From the human T2T-CHM13v2.0 reference genome, Homo sapiens, in the NCBI RefSeq assembly GCF_009914755.1, contig NC_060934.1: a DNA stretch of 64,000 nt. One strand, written 5' to 3'. A program made the translations under genes and the position numbers. Positions within the stretch are counted from its first letter, which is position 1, and every line of letters begins with the position of its first letter. Positions 63,888 through 64,000 of this stretch are shown here, one piece after another. The notes beneath the pieces are model-generated. The model saw only the letters and a program-made list of their open reading frames with translations. It made no database searches and had not been told where the DNA came from.

Positions 63888-64000
63888 GAAGGGAAGGAGA
63901 GAGGAAGGGAGGAAGGAAGGAGGGATGGAGGGATGCAGGGAAGGAAAGAAGGAAGGGAGGAAGGAAGGAAGGAAGGAAGGAGAGAAGGATGGAGGGAGGG
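63888..64000. repeat. (GGAA/GGGA)n polypurine microsatellite running off the window end
   Basis: Five consecutive GGAA at 63959-63978. Confidence 0.92.

Overview
Primate, very probably human, genomic DNA from inside GRID1 (glutamate receptor ionotropic delta-1, GluD1), which is transcribed on the minus strand. Four coding exons with canonical AG/GT ends lie at 57624-57725, 55966-56163, 52463-52787 and 51114-51252 (probably exons 9-12, numbering from recall). They splice in frame and encode the ATD-LBD linker, S1, M1, M2 and M3 (SYTANLAAF). The rest is intron, and 1-51113 is dominated by transposon relics (Tigger1, many L1s mostly antisense to GRID1, Alus, MIR, MER5, LTR16, MLT1, a complete THE1 provirus). 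The most notable non-obvious items are: an old, intronless ACP1 (LMW-PTP, fast isoform) retrocopy with 3'UTR at about 36780-38060; a twin-primed L1PA and an AluY sharing one 14-bp target that is present three times; a THE1 provirus in sense with GRID1 with DUX4 motifs in both LTRs; and an apparently locally templated L1 segment that breaks the expected repeat age order. I see no evidence of a new protein-coding system. All repeat subfamily calls are by eye from remembered consensus sequences, and repeat boundaries without a cited TSD are approximate.
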